This document shows positions 11,188-20,994 of a stretch of DNA of 64,000 nt, one piece after another. A program made the translations under genes and the position numbers. The stretch is from Nannocystis bainbridge. GTDB lineage: Bacteria; Myxococcota_A; Polyangia; Nannocystales; Nannocystaceae. The notes beneath the pieces are model-generated. The model searched no databases, had not been told where the DNA came from, and saw only the letters and a list, made by a program, of their open reading frames with translations. Where the stretch lies: assembly GCF_028368995.1 (NCBI RefSeq), contig NZ_JAQNDL010000003.1, positions 960,001 to 1,024,000 on the forward strand, given 5' to 3'. Within the stretch, counting starts at the first letter, position 1; each line of letters opens with the position of its first letter.

Positions 11188-13224
11188 CTACGCCGTGTCG
11201 CGCTCGCCCGGCAACGTCCGCCCGCGTGAGGCCCCGCCCGCGTGCAGGGGCGCCTCGAACCACCGCACCGGCGGCCCGTCCGGATCGCCGGGCAGCGGCA
11301 ACTCGGCCTCTTGCACCTCCACCGTGCTCAGCACCGTCACGTGCGGCGTACCGCGGCCCAGCAGCAGCGCGAACACCGGCCGCGCGCGCGGCGAACAGAC
11401 CACGAGCGGCGGCGGCCCTTCCTCGAGCGCTTCGCCGCCGACAACATCGTTCTGCGCGAGAACCCGTCGGCGCCAGGCCTGGCGCGCGCGGGCGTCGAGC
11501 CCGAGCCGCAGCCCGCGGTCGCCGCTGACCGCCCGTGACAGCAGCGCCGCCTCCGCGTCGGCCACCGGCCGCACCCACGTCACAGCGCCCACGCGGGCGT
11601 GGGCCGCCACCACCTCGCCGACCCACTGCGGCGCCAGCCGTTCGCGCAGCGCTCCGAGCCAGCGGCCCCGCTCGCTCGCCTGCCGCAGCAGCGGCTCGGA
11701 CGCGATCGCCTCGAGCAGCCCCGCGAACGGCGGCAGCGGCACCCGCTCGCGCAGCAGCCCGCGCGTCAGCTCGAGCAGCTCGGCCGGCCCGACCCGCGCC
11801 AGCGCCTCGCGCACCACCGCCGGCTCGCGCCCGCCCTGCTCCTCCAGCGCCCGCGCGATCGTCTCCAGGTCGACCAGCGCCTCCGCCCCCCGCATCACCG
11901 CGCGAAACACCGCCGTCACGATCCTGTCCTGTCGAGCATGCCCTGAAGGACCTGCCCGATCGAGCATGTCCTTTCGACCATCCTCCTCGCGACCTCCGCT
12001 CGACATGTCCTCGAGGACATCCAGCCCGCCGCCCCACTCTCCCTCTCGCCTGTCCCTGAGGACATCCACCTCCGGCGCGCTCAGCACTCGCTCGCCGAGG
12101 CGCACCGCGAAGCTCGGCCCTGCCACCGCCACGATCGGCGGCACCTCGACGCCCAGCGCCCCCGCGCAGCGGCGCCGCAGCTCGGCCAGCGGCCCGCGCA
12201 GCGCCTGGATGTCCTTTTCATCATGTCCCGGGAGACAGACCACGATCTGCCGCCCTGGCGGCCCTCGCCGCTGCCGCGTCCACCACGCCAGCGCCCCCAG
12301 CCCGAAAGCCGTGGTCGAGAACGCCGCCGCCGGCATGCCCGGCGCCAGCGCCAGCCCGGCCAACAGCCCCGCCGGGGCCGCCAACAGCCCCGGAGTCCAC
12401 CACGCCGCCCCGCGGGTCGCCGGCTCCTCGCGGTCGACCCTCGCCACCAGCAGCGCCCCCGCCAGCCCGACCAGCAGCGCCGGCACCTGCGCCAGCAACC
12501 CGTCGCCGATCGCCAGCCGCCCGTACAGCTCGAGCGACGCCGACAGCCCCAGCCCCTCGCGCAGCCCCATCACCACCCCACCGACCACGTTCACGCTCGT
12601 CAGCACCAGCCCGAGGATCGCGTCGCCGCGGATGAACTTGGCCGCCCCGTCCATCGCCCCGTAGAAGTTCGAGCGCTCGCGCAGGCGCGCCCGCAGCCGC
12701 GTCGCCTCCGTCGCCGAGATCGTGCCTGCCCGCAGATCGGCCTCGATCGCCGCCTGGTGCCCCGGCAGCCCGTCGAGCGCGAACCGGGCCGCGACCTCGG
12801 CGATGCGCTCGCCGCCGCGGGCCACCACCACGAACTGCACCACCGTCACGATCGCAAACACCACCGCCCCGACCACCAGGTCGCCCTGGATCACCAGCGT
12901 CGAGAACGCCGCGATCACCTCGCCCGCGTCCGCGTCGCGCAGGATCAGCCGCGTCGTCGTCACGTTGAGCGCCATCCGCGTCAGCGTCATCAGCAGCAGC
13001 AGCCGCGGGAACCCCAGCAGCTCCGCGCTGCGCCGCGCCGTCACGCTGGCCACCAGCGCCGTCACCGAGCCCGCCAGGCTCAGCGTCAGCAGCAGGTCGA
13101 CCAGCCAGCGCGGCAGCGGCAACAGCGCGCAGGTCACCGCCGCCAGCACCCACAGCACCAGCCCGTAGCCCGGCAGGACCGCCCAGATATCCGCTCCGGA
13201 GCCCGCGGCTCGGCCGATGCGCAT
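11188..13224 (-). CDS. FHIPEP-family export-gate protein (FlhA/SctV-like), divergent cytoplasmic domain
   Basis: FPRLLLLMTLTRMALNVTTTRLIL, ERIAEVAARFALDGLPGHQAAIEADL, FYGAMDGAAKF. Confidence 0.85.
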   Translation of the reverse strand: MRIGRAAGSGADIWAVLPGYGLVLWVLAAVTCALLPLPRWLVDLLLTLSLAGSVTALVASVTARRSAELLGFPRLLLLMTLTRMALNVTTTRLILRDADAGEVIAAFSTLVIQGDLVVGAVVFAIVTVVQFVVVARGGERIAEVAARFALDGLPGHQAAIEADLRAGTISATEATRLRARLRERSNFYGAMDGAAKFIRGDAILGLVLTSVNVVGGVVMGLREGLGLSASLELYGRLAIGDGLLAQVPALLVGLAGALLVARVDREEPATRGAAWWTPGLLAAPAGLLAGLALAPGMPAAAFSTTAFGLGALAWWTRQRRGPPGRQIVVCLPGHDEKDIQALRGPLAELRRRCAGALGVEVPPIVAVAGPSFAVRLGERVLSAPEVDVLRDRREGEWGGGLDVLEDMSSGGREEDGRKDMLDRAGPSGHARQDRIVTAVFRAVMRGAEALVDLETIARALEEQGGREPAVVREALARVGPAELLELTRGLLRERVPLPPFAGLLEAIASEPLLRQASERGRWLGALRERLAPQWVGEVVAAHARVGAVTWVRPVADAEAALLSRAVSGDRGLRLGLDARARQAWRRRVLAQNDVVGGEALEEGPPPLVVCSPRARPVFALLLGRGTPHVTVLSTVEVQEAELPLPGDPDGPPVRWFEAPLHAGGASRGRTLPGERDTA
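11920..12066. repeat. 14-bp palindrome array inside the FlhA-like CDS
   Basis: Cores at 11923, 11937, 11951, 11965, 11979, 11993; perfect copies at 12006 and 12051. Confidence 0.75.
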
Positions 13225-13398
13225 TGCCGCACAGGCTAGCGAGGCGCGAACGCGCGCCAAGATCCGCAAGTGTTCAGTGCGATTTCGCCCCTCACGCGCC
13301 GCGGATCCGCGCGCTCCGGCGGCGGGGTCCGATCGCGGTCCTGCTCGCGTCGGTCTTGCCCGCGTCGCCCCGTCACGCGAGCGAGGGCTCGGCGAAGA

Positions 13399-14349
13399 TC
13401 ACTCGATCTCGAAGCAGTACAGCCGGAACGCCTCGGTGCAGTGGCGCGGCGCGCAGGCTGTCCACGTCGCGTTGACCGCGTCGAACATCCCGATCAGGCC
13501 CTGCCCCTGGTCCGACTGCCAGCCCCCACACGACACGCCCCCGTCGCCCAGCCCGTCGACCAGCGTCCCCGTCCACACCCCGTCGCTGCTGACCGCGCAC
13601 GGCTCCATCGACGACGGGATCGACTGCCCCTTCTCCGTCACGTTGATCGGGTTCTTCAAGCTCCCCATCGTCAACGCATCTGCGTCGGGCGCCACCGGCA
13701 TCCCGTCGGGCCGCACGTACGGCGTCTTGCCCGCGCCGAGGCGGTCGCTCGCGTTCGCGGCCCCGTCCGACAGCCACGCCACGAACTTGCGCATCTTCAG
13801 CTCTGGCACCGCCCCGGCGCCGCCTGCCAGCTTCGTGCACGTCTCGTCGGCCGCCGTCAGCTTGCCCACTTGCAGGGCCGTGAACACCTCGCTCGTGAGG
13901 AACACGTAGCGCACGACCTTCGGGCCCTGCTCGATCTGGCACAGCGCGTCGCAGCCGTCGCCGCTGATCAGGTTGCCGTCGTCGCACTGCTCGAGCGGCG
14001 CATCGACCATCCCGTCGCCGCACATCGACGGCACCACCGTCGTCACGTCGCTCGTCGTCGCATCGGTGCCCGGCTCCGTCGAAGTCACCGGCTCCGTCGA
14101 AGTCCCCGGCTCCGTCGAAGTCACCGACTCCGTCGTGCTCGTCGTGCTCGTCGTGCTCGTCGTGCTCGTCGTGCTCGTCGTCCCCGTCGTGCCCGTCGTC
14201 CCCGTCGTCGTCGGCGCCGTGCTCGAGCTCGTGCTCTCCGTCGTCGTCGTCGTCTCGCTGCTCGTCGCGCTCCCCGCGACTCCGGCCGGTGAAAAACAAC
14301 CCGAACAGCCCAGCACTGCCACCGCGATCGACGCGCGCCCGAACGACAT
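13399..14349 (-). CDS. Lipoprotein: Thr/Ser-rich linker, Myxococcus Cys-rich repeat (DUF4215-like), C-terminal DUF1554/endostatin-like domain
   Basis: TTS repeats; [15 protein letters not shown]; VFLT..AD..C..AWLSD..VWTGT..RLYCFE. Confidence 0.75.
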   Translation of the reverse strand: MSFGRASIAVAVLGCSGCFSPAGVAGSATSSETTTTTESTSSSTAPTTTGTTGTTGTTSTTSTTSTTSTTSTTESVTSTEPGTSTEPVTSTEPGTDATTSDVTTVVPSMCGDGMVDAPLEQCDDGNLISGDGCDALCQIEQGPKVVRYVFLTSEVFTALQVGKLTAADETCTKLAGGAGAVPELKMRKFVAWLSDGAANASDRLGAGKTPYVRPDGMPVAPDADALTMGSLKNPINVTEKGQSIPSSMEPCAVSSDGVWTGTLVDGLGDGGVSCGGWQSDQGQGLIGMFDAVNATWTACAPRHCTEAFRLYCFEIE

Positions 14350-14389
14350 CGGCCTCACTCTACTCGACGCCTCGCGCCGCGCCCACCTG

Positions 14390-15130
14390 TCACGCCGGCG
14401 CCCGCCAGGCCCCGCGCAGCGCCAGCGTCGCTGGCGGCTGGATCGCCTCGTGGTGCAGCTTGCCCATCAGCTGGAACAAGTTGAACACCACCACCGTCGC
14501 CAGCGCGCCCAGCTTGCTCACCGTCCCGAACACCGGCGGCCACAGACACAGCGCCGTGCACCAGCCCGCCACGGCAGGCAGCCCCACCACCAGCGCCGCC
14601 GTCAGCCCCATCAGCTTGCGCCGCCACCGGCGCGGATCGGCGTCGGCGACCAGCATGCCGTCTGGCCCTTGGGACAGCCACACCCGATCGCCGGTCCCGA
14701 TCGACACCTCGACCGCGCGCGTCCACCCGGCCGCGCGGGTCGCTGGCGCGCGTGCGGCCGCGAACGCCTCCGGGCCCGGGCAGGCCGCTGCTGCCCGCTG
14801 GCGCGCTCGCTCGACCCACACCGTCCCGCCGGCCAGCCCGACCTGCTCGCCCTCGATCGCCACCACCCCGCCGAGCACCTCGCCCTCGTACGCGCGGTCG
14901 TGGAACCAGATCGCGGCGTCGCCCTTCGAGCGGCCGACCTGGCGCACCCGGTGGATCGCCACCTGTCCTGCGGGACCTGTCCCTTCGACCACCACGCCGA
15001 CCCGCGCCTGCGCGCCCCAGCGCCCCAGCAGCCGCCGGCACTCGCCCCACCCGGCCGCCGCGATCAGCAGCGTGTTGAGCCAGAAGATCGCCAGCGCCGC
15101 GTACGCCAGCCAGGCCGGGAACCCGCTCAC
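14390..15130 (-). CDS. Hypothetical membrane protein
   Basis: Three hydrophobic segments; GTGA overlap with the upstream desaturase. Confidence 0.65.
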   Translation of the reverse strand: MSGFPAWLAYAALAIFWLNTLLIAAAGWGECRRLLGRWGAQARVGVVVEGTGPAGQVAIHRVRQVGRSKGDAAIWFHDRAYEGEVLGGVVAIEGEQVGLAGGTVWVERARQRAAAACPGPEAFAAARAPATRAAGWTRAVEVSIGTGDRVWLSQGPDGMLVADADPRRWRRKLMGLTAALVVGLPAVAGWCTALCLWPPVFGTVSKLGALATVVVFNLFQLMGKLHHEAIQPPATLALRGAWRAPA

Positions 15131-16134
15131 GCCGCCGCTCCTTCGGGGCCCGACTGCTCGCGGGCCGCCTGCTGCTCCGCCGCCGCGCGCCGCTCTCCGC
15201 GGGCCGCCTGCTCGTCCTCACCGCCGGCGCGCGCGCGCACCGACGGCCGCCGGCGCGGCAGCAAGAACGTGCGCAGCAGGTACAGCACCATGCTCGGCTC
15301 GTCGAGGCGCGGCTCGATGCGCGGCGCCACTTCTCGGCGGTGGGCCTCGGCCAGCTCGGTCCAGTGCAGCCCGGCGCGGTTGTGGTGGATCGTGTGGTAG
15401 CCGTTGTTGCACATGATCCAGTTGAACCACCGGCCGACGAAGTTGCGCGAGTGGTTCCACTCGCTCGACGGGTCGGTCGCGTCGTGCTGGATCAGGTTGA
15501 TGCGGAGGATGCAGCGCGCCCCGTACAGCTGCGGCAGGACGATGAACAGCAGCGCGCCCCAAAAATCGTAGAGCAGCGCTGCCCCGGTCAGCCCGAACGC
15601 CACGATCGTCTCGGTCATGTACTGGCGCACGAAGCCCTGCTGCTTCGTCACCTTGGCCCAGCGCCCGACCCCCGCGAACGTGTTGGGCCCGGCGATGTTG
15701 GGGAAGTGGATCAGGTTGAGCAGGTGCCAGCGGAACGCCACGTGCGACGGGTCGGCCCAGTCGGGCTGGCCGTCGTCGGCGAAGTGGTGGTGCACCAGGT
15801 TGTGCGCCGGCACGTTGGCCGAGGCCGGGTACAGCACGCCGAAGCTCAGCACGCTGCGCCAGACCAGGTTGAGCCGGTGCGAGTGGAAGATCCCGCGGTG
15901 CATGTGATTGTGGATCACGACCGCGTTGAGGAAGCTCAGCAGGCACGCCAGCACGAACGGCAGCGGGTGGCGGCACGCCGGCACGAAGTACATCAGCGCC
16001 AGCAGCCCGAGGTACGCGCCGACGATCCCGACCTGGCGCCACTCCTCTGGCTGGCGCACGAGCCAGGTCTCGCGCTCGCGCTCGCGCTCGTGCGCAGCCG
16101 GCTTCGCACCGGCGAGTTCGCCCTGGGACGCCAT
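15127..16134 (-). CDS. Membrane fatty-acid desaturase family protein
   Basis: His boxes HNHMH, HNLVHH, HTIHH; start taken at MASQGEL. Confidence 0.85.
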   Translation of the reverse strand: MASQGELAGAKPAAHERERERETWLVRQPEEWRQVGIVGAYLGLLALMYFVPACRHPLPFVLACLLSFLNAVVIHNHMHRGIFHSHRLNLVWRSVLSFGVLYPASANVPAHNLVHHHFADDGQPDWADPSHVAFRWHLLNLIHFPNIAGPNTFAGVGRWAKVTKQQGFVRQYMTETIVAFGLTGAALLYDFWGALLFIVLPQLYGARCILRINLIQHDATDPSSEWNHSRNFVGRWFNWIMCNNGYHTIHHNRAGLHWTELAEAHRREVAPRIEPRLDEPSMVLYLLRTFLLPRRRPSVRARAGGEDEQAARGERRAAAEQQAAREQSGPEGAAA

Positions 16135-16255
16135 CGCCGCGGCACCATACTGCGACGACCGGAAGGCCTCAATCTCCGCGCGCGTGGGGACAATCTCGAC
16201 GCGCCCCTGCGCGCGTGATATCCCTGCCCCGCGCCTGTCGGCGCCCGTCTGCACC

Positions 16256-17101
16256 GTGACCGCCCACACCGGCATCGCCACCAACCTCTCCACGTGGCTC
16301 ACCGCGCAGCCCTCGGTCCAGTACCGCAGGAACCCGTGGTTTTACTTCCTTTACGACGGCGGCTACCTGCTGGCCTTCCTCGCGCTCGACGCCTGGATCC
16401 TCGCCACCGGCCAGGCCCCGCTGGTCCAGTGGCAGTGGTGGTACCTGGGGCTGCTCCCGGGCGTCATCTACTGCCACATCCTGCTCAACGTCTTCATCCA
16501 CAACTGCTGCCACGGCAACTTCCCGCGCCCGATCAACCGCCTGATCGGCGAGGTCGCCGGCGTCCTCGTCATCACCCGCTACGCCTCGTGGGAGATCATC
16601 CACCAGCGGCACCACCGCTTCTCCGACGACCCCGAGCGTGACCCGCACCACGTGATGCCGAGCTTCTGGCGCTTCCTCGCCCGGACGATGCTCGTCAACG
16701 TCGAGAAGCAGCTGCAGAACCAGGCCTACGACCAGTTCGGCGACACCCCCGAGATGCGCCGGCGCGAGCAGCTGCGCAGCGTGCTCAGCTTCTCGGTCAT
16801 GATCCCGCTCAACCTCGCGTTCTGGCTGCTGCTCGGCCCCGAGGCGTTCTTCTTCCTGTGGCTGCCGGCCCAGGCCGTCGGCTGGGTCCACGTCGCCCAC
16901 TTCAACTGGGCCACCCACAACGCCCACTCGCCGACCGGCGACTACAAGCCCGTCAACCTCGACCACGGCCTCTACTGGCTCGGCAACCGCGTCTTGTTCG
17001 GCCTCTACATGCACGCCAACCACCACAAGCGGGCCAACATCTTCAACCCGGCCAAGATGGACGAGGTCATGGCGCGCCGGGCCGCCGCCCGCGCCCAGTA
17101 G
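16256..17101 (+). CDS. Membrane fatty-acid desaturase family protein
   Basis: His boxes HNCCH, HQRHH, HANHH; DPH motif; GTG start at 16256 inferred. Confidence 0.85.
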   Translation: MTAHTGIATNLSTWLTAQPSVQYRRNPWFYFLYDGGYLLAFLALDAWILATGQAPLVQWQWWYLGLLPGVIYCHILLNVFIHNCCHGNFPRPINRLIGEVAGVLVITRYASWEIIHQRHHRFSDDPERDPHHVMPSFWRFLARTMLVNVEKQLQNQAYDQFGDTPEMRRREQLRSVLSFSVMIPLNLAFWLLLGPEAFFFLWLPAQAVGWVHVAHFNWATHNAHSPTGDYKPVNLDHGLYWLGNRVLFGLYMHANHHKRANIFNPAKMDEVMARRAAARAQ

Positions 17102-17184
17102 CTCGCTGTCCGTTCGGGCATGCTCCTCGGAGCATGCCCGTTCGCGCATGTGCGATCGGACATGCCCGTTCGCACATGTCCCTC
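17102..17184. repeat. 14-bp palindrome array
   Basis: CATG at 17119, 17133, 17147, 17161, 17175; fills the convergent gap. Confidence 0.85.
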
Positions 17185-18235
17185 AGGCCACCACCGGCAC
17201 CCCGTGCCCGGCCTCGTCGGTCAGGATCTCGAACGCCGCGCGATCGCTGCTGAGCGCGACCGTCGGCTTGCCCGGCCGCCGCACCTGCAGCTCGCAGCGG
17301 GCGATCTTGCTGTTGAGGCAGGTCTTGACCCCGCCGGGGGGGTTGCCGTACGCGAGCCCGACGAAGGCCGCGCGCGGGGCGGAGATCCGCGCCTCGACCG
17401 CGACCTCGCGGGTCTGCGACGCCAGCGTCCAGGTGAACTCGGACCCACCGAGCGCCACCTCGCCGCGGGCTCGCGCCGCCTGCCACAGCGAGTTGAGCGC
17501 GAACTGCTCGCCCTCGAGCCGCAGCACCAGCAGCGTCATCGGCGGGGTCCACAGCGGCCCGAACTTCAGCCGCGCCGTCGCGCACTCGAGGAAGCTGTCC
17601 GGCGCGCCGTCGAAACCGGCCACCTGGCCCCACGCGTAGCGGTCGGTGTGACGCGCGCCCCAGTTGTGCGACTGACTGCCGGTCCACCCGTCGATCGCGT
17701 GCGCCTCGCCGTCGACCGTGATCGTGCCGGTGAAGGCCGCGTTCGGCGAGCCGACCAGCGACTTGGCCTTGGGGAACCCGCCGGCGTAGAGGTTGGCCGG
17801 CAGCAGCAGCAACGGCGGCTCGGGGCTGGTGTACGCCAGCTCCCAGGCGAACGTATGCGCCGCCCCGACGACCGCGCCCCGCAGGCCGCGATCGTCCAAC
17901 ACGGCCTCGCCGACGCGCACGTCGAGCCGGTCGCGGGCGAACGCGCAGCGCTGCCACGGCACCACCTGCTTGGCCGCGGCGATGCTGCCGCGCTCGCCGT
18001 CGAACCAGATCGACCACAGCTCGCCGACGGCCCGATCCGGCTGTCCTTTGGGACAGAAGATGGTGTAGCGGATCCACCACGCCAGCGGCCGCGTCGGGTG
18101 GTTGGCCCGCTGGAAGTAGCTCTCGTAGTGTCCCGCCGTCGCGGCAGGATCGAAGCGGCAGGCGTTCCAGCGGTCGCGGTCGACGGGCACGCGGCGAGCG
18201 TGCCGCGAGCCCCCACCGCTGTCCACGGCCGCCAT
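17183..18235 (-). CDS. Hypothetical protein, tocopherol-cyclase/CrtC-like fold (tentative)
   Basis: GHYESYF..WWIRYTI and SHNWG..YAWG resemble tocopherol-cyclase-like proteins. Confidence 0.55.
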   Translation of the reverse strand: MAAVDSGGGSRHARRVPVDRDRWNACRFDPAATAGHYESYFQRANHPTRPLAWWIRYTIFCPKGQPDRAVGELWSIWFDGERGSIAAAKQVVPWQRCAFARDRLDVRVGEAVLDDRGLRGAVVGAAHTFAWELAYTSPEPPLLLLPANLYAGGFPKAKSLVGSPNAAFTGTITVDGEAHAIDGWTGSQSHNWGARHTDRYAWGQVAGFDGAPDSFLECATARLKFGPLWTPPMTLLVLRLEGEQFALNSLWQAARARGEVALGGSEFTWTLASQTREVAVEARISAPRAAFVGLAYGNPPGGVKTCLNSKIARCELQVRRPGKPTVALSSDRAAFEILTDEAGHGVPVVA

Positions 18236-18461
18236 CTCACGATCGGCGAAACCCTCTACGTCACCGCATCGACCGGTGATGTCCCGAAGCACCCGAGTCG
18301 CCACTGCGACGACCGGCGGTGCCCCCGACGCGCGCCCGGGTCGTCGCCCCACCGCCGGGCCGCGCGAAGCAATCGCCTCGCACCGGCGCGCCCTGTCGCG
18401 CAGGGCCGGCGACCGCCGCGTCGCTGGTCAAACGCCGCGAATTTTGGCACTCCTGCGGACC

Positions 18462-19298
18462 GTGGCCCTCGCGCCTCAGCTCGCGGTCGTCGCCTGGCTC
18501 GCCCTCGCCGCGGCCCCGCTCGAGCTGCAGACCGACGCCGTCGATCCGCGCCTCACCGAAGCCGGCCTGCGCGCGCGCGTCGGCGACGACCTCGACGCGT
18601 GGACGCTCCGCGTCCGCCCCGGCCCGACCGAGCGCGAGCTCGAAGTCCGCCTGCGCGGCCCCGACGGCGCCACGCGCACGCGCCGGCTGATCCTCTCCGG
18701 CACCACCCGCGAAGACCGCAGCCGCGAGCTCGCCGCCAGCCTCACCCTGCTCATGGATGAGGCTTCGGCCCCCCCACGCGGAGGCAAGCCCGCGACACCG
18801 CCCCCACCCGCGCCTCGCGCCCCGACGTCGGGCTGGCTCGGCCTCGGTCCGCGCGTCGAAGCCGGCCCCAAGCTCGCCGAGGGCGGCGTCGACGTGATGG
18901 GCGGCGCCTGGCTGCTGCGCGATCACCTGCAACCGATCGCCAGCCTCGGCCTCGGCGGCGCCGCGCCCGAGGACGTGTCCCTGTTTCACCTCCGCTTCGG
19001 CGGCGGGCTGGCCGCCGGCGCCTCGCTGCTCGACCGGCGGATCTGGCTCGGAGGACATGTCCTCGCCCACGCGCTGCGCTCGCGACTCCGCGAGCGCGAT
19101 CATCTCCGCGTCGACTGGATGGCGTCGACGGAGATCGGCGCGACCCTGCAATACCGCGGTCGGCGCCTGTTCCTCGGCGCCCGCACCGGGGTCGATCTCG
19201 TGCTGCCGCCGCGTCCGGTGCCAGGCCACGGGGCGCGGATCCGGCGCGGTCCGGCGCAGTGGGTGCTCGGCCTCGTCGTCGGCGTCGTCTTCGGCTGA
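18462..19298 (+). CDS. Hypothetical exported protein, probable C-terminal beta-barrel
   Basis: Signal-like N-terminus; amphipathic C-terminal strands; first gene of the ECF sigma locus. Confidence 0.55.
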   Translation: MALAPQLAVVAWLALAAAPLELQTDAVDPRLTEAGLRARVGDDLDAWTLRVRPGPTERELEVRLRGPDGATRTRRLILSGTTREDRSRELAASLTLLMDEASAPPRGGKPATPPPPAPRAPTSGWLGLGPRVEAGPKLAEGGVDVMGGAWLLRDHLQPIASLGLGGAAPEDVSLFHLRFGGGLAAGASLLDRRIWLGGHVLAHALRSRLRERDHLRVDWMASTEIGATLQYRGRRLFLGARTGVDLVLPPRPVPGHGARIRRGPAQWVLGLVVGVVFG

Positions 19299-19369
19299 GC
19301 GGCCTTGGATTTGTCGCGGCCGACCCGGTCTATAGCTACGTGTTCAGCTCCGCTACACTCTGGCCGGCC

Positions 19370-19942
19370 ATGACCTCGCGGGCCGCAGTCAGGGACGTGG
19401 AGAGCGCCGCCGTCCTGGCGGCCGCGCAGGACGGCGACAGGGCCGCCCAGGCCGCGATCTTCGAGGCCTACAAGGAACGGGTCGCCCGCCAGGTGTTCCG
19501 CATGACCGGCGACGCGTCGTCGGTCGACGACCTGGTCCAGGAGGTCTTCATCTCCGCCTTCTCGGCCCTCGGTCGGTTCCGCGGCGACGCCCAGCTCGGC
19601 ACCTGGCTCTACACCATCGCCGCCAACCGCGTGCGCAACTGGTGGGACTCCCAGCGCCGCCGCCGTCGCCGCGAGGACATCGCCTCGGCCCACGCCGACG
19701 ACCCCGTGGCCACCCCCGAGGCCGACCTCGAGGCCCGCCAGCAGCGCGACCACCTCTATCGCGCGCTCGGCGAGCTGCCCGACAAGCTGCGCGAGTCGTT
19801 CGTCGCCCGCGCGATCGAGGGCATGAATTTGCACGAGGCCTCGGCCGCGCTCGGCGTGCCGATCAGCACCGTCTCTTACCGCACCCGTCGCGCCGAACAG
19901 ATGCTGTGCGCCGCCCTGGGGATCCCCTGGAGGGATGAATGA
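19370..19942 (+). CDS. ECF RNA polymerase sigma factor
   Basis: DDLVQEVF, FRGDAQLGTWLYTIAAN, region-4 LGVPISTVSYR. Confidence 0.9.
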   Translation: MTSRAAVRDVESAAVLAAAQDGDRAAQAAIFEAYKERVARQVFRMTGDASSVDDLVQEVFISAFSALGRFRGDAQLGTWLYTIAANRVRNWWDSQRRRRRREDIASAHADDPVATPEADLEARQQRDHLYRALGELPDKLRESFVARAIEGMNLHEASAALGVPISTVSYRTRRAEQMLCAALGIPWRDE

Positions 19943-20859
19943 GCCCCGATTTTCGCCCCGCCCCCGGCGAGCCCGCCGTCCGTTCGCCCGAGCTGCTGCG
20001 CCTGGTCCAGGCCGCCCGAGTCGCGCCACCACCTGTCCTCAAGGCCAGCTCAGACGCCGTGTTCGCCGGCTTCCAGGCCCGCCGCCGCGACCGTCGCCGC
20101 CTGGTCGTCGGCGCCGCCGTGGCCGTCGCCGCCGCCGTGGCGCTGCTCTGGGCCCGCCCTTCGTTCATGTCCTCCAGGACAGGTACTTTGGAACCTGTCG
20201 CAACGAACAGCATGCAGGCACCCCACGTCGCGCCGCTGCCGGTCCTGGCCGAAGCCGTGCGCGTGGTCGCCGAGGAGGGCCCGCCCGCGGGCGTTCGCGG
20301 CGAGTGGCAGGTCGAGCTCGGCGACGGCCGCTACGACGTCACCGTCGCCGCCCACGCTGGCCCCGAGCTGCTGCGCGTCGACACGGCCGGCGGCACCGTC
20401 GAGATCGCCCAGGGCCGGGTCGTCATCGTCGTCGCCGGCGCCCGCACCGAGGCCGTCCTGCGCACCGGCGTGGCCACGTGGATCGCCCCCGGCGGCGCCC
20501 GCACCCCGCTCGCCGTCGCCCCGGCCGAGGCCAGCCTCGACGACGCACCTGACCCGAAGGCCAGCCCGTCCGACCTCGCCCGCCACGCCGACGCCCTGCT
20601 GGCCGCCGGCCGCCGCGACGCCGCCATCCGCGTGCTCGACCTGCTCGTCACCACCCACCCGGACAGCCCCCCGGCCCGCGCCGCCCTGCTCGACCTGGCC
20701 CGCCTCCTCAAGGCCGCCTCGCGCGCCGACGAGGCCCGCTGCGCCTACGCGCTCTACCTGGCCCGCTACCCAGGCAAGGAGCAGCTCGCCGATGAGGTCG
20801 AAGCCGCCCTGAGCCGCCTCGGCCCCGGCCCCGCCTGCACCGACCTGCGCCCGCGCTGA
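19939..20859 (+). CDS. Single-TM FecR-like/TPR putative anti-sigma protein
   Basis: ATGA overlap with the sigma gene; TM segment; C-terminal TPR-like helices. Confidence 0.65.
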   Translation: MSPDFRPAPGEPAVRSPELLRLVQAARVAPPPVLKASSDAVFAGFQARRRDRRRLVVGAAVAVAAAVALLWARPSFMSSRTGTLEPVATNSMQAPHVAPLPVLAEAVRVVAEEGPPAGVRGEWQVELGDGRYDVTVAAHAGPELLRVDTAGGTVEIAQGRVVIVVAGARTEAVLRTGVATWIAPGGARTPLAVAPAEASLDDAPDPKASPSDLARHADALLAAGRRDAAIRVLDLLVTTHPDSPPARAALLDLARLLKAASRADEARCAYALYLARYPGKEQLADEVEAALSRLGPGPACTDLRPR

Positions 20860-20865
20860 CGCGCC

Positions 20866-20941
20866 GAGCCTGTCCGTAGGTCATGTCCCTACGGACATGT
20901 TCGTGCGGACCTGTCCATTCGAACATGTCCCGAAAGCACGA
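20866..20941. repeat. 14-bp palindrome array
   Basis: Cores at 20869, 20882, 20896, 20910, 20924, 20937; convergent gap. Confidence 0.8.
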
Positions 20942-20994
20942 GAGCGGTCGACGCGTCCTCGGACCCGTCGACCGCCCACAGCGAGCCGCCCCGC

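Noticed and set aside
15908-16302. Apparent overlap of the two desaturase ORFs
   Set aside because: The extensions are non-conserved-looking read-through; starts at 16134 (-) and 16256 (+) remove the overlap.
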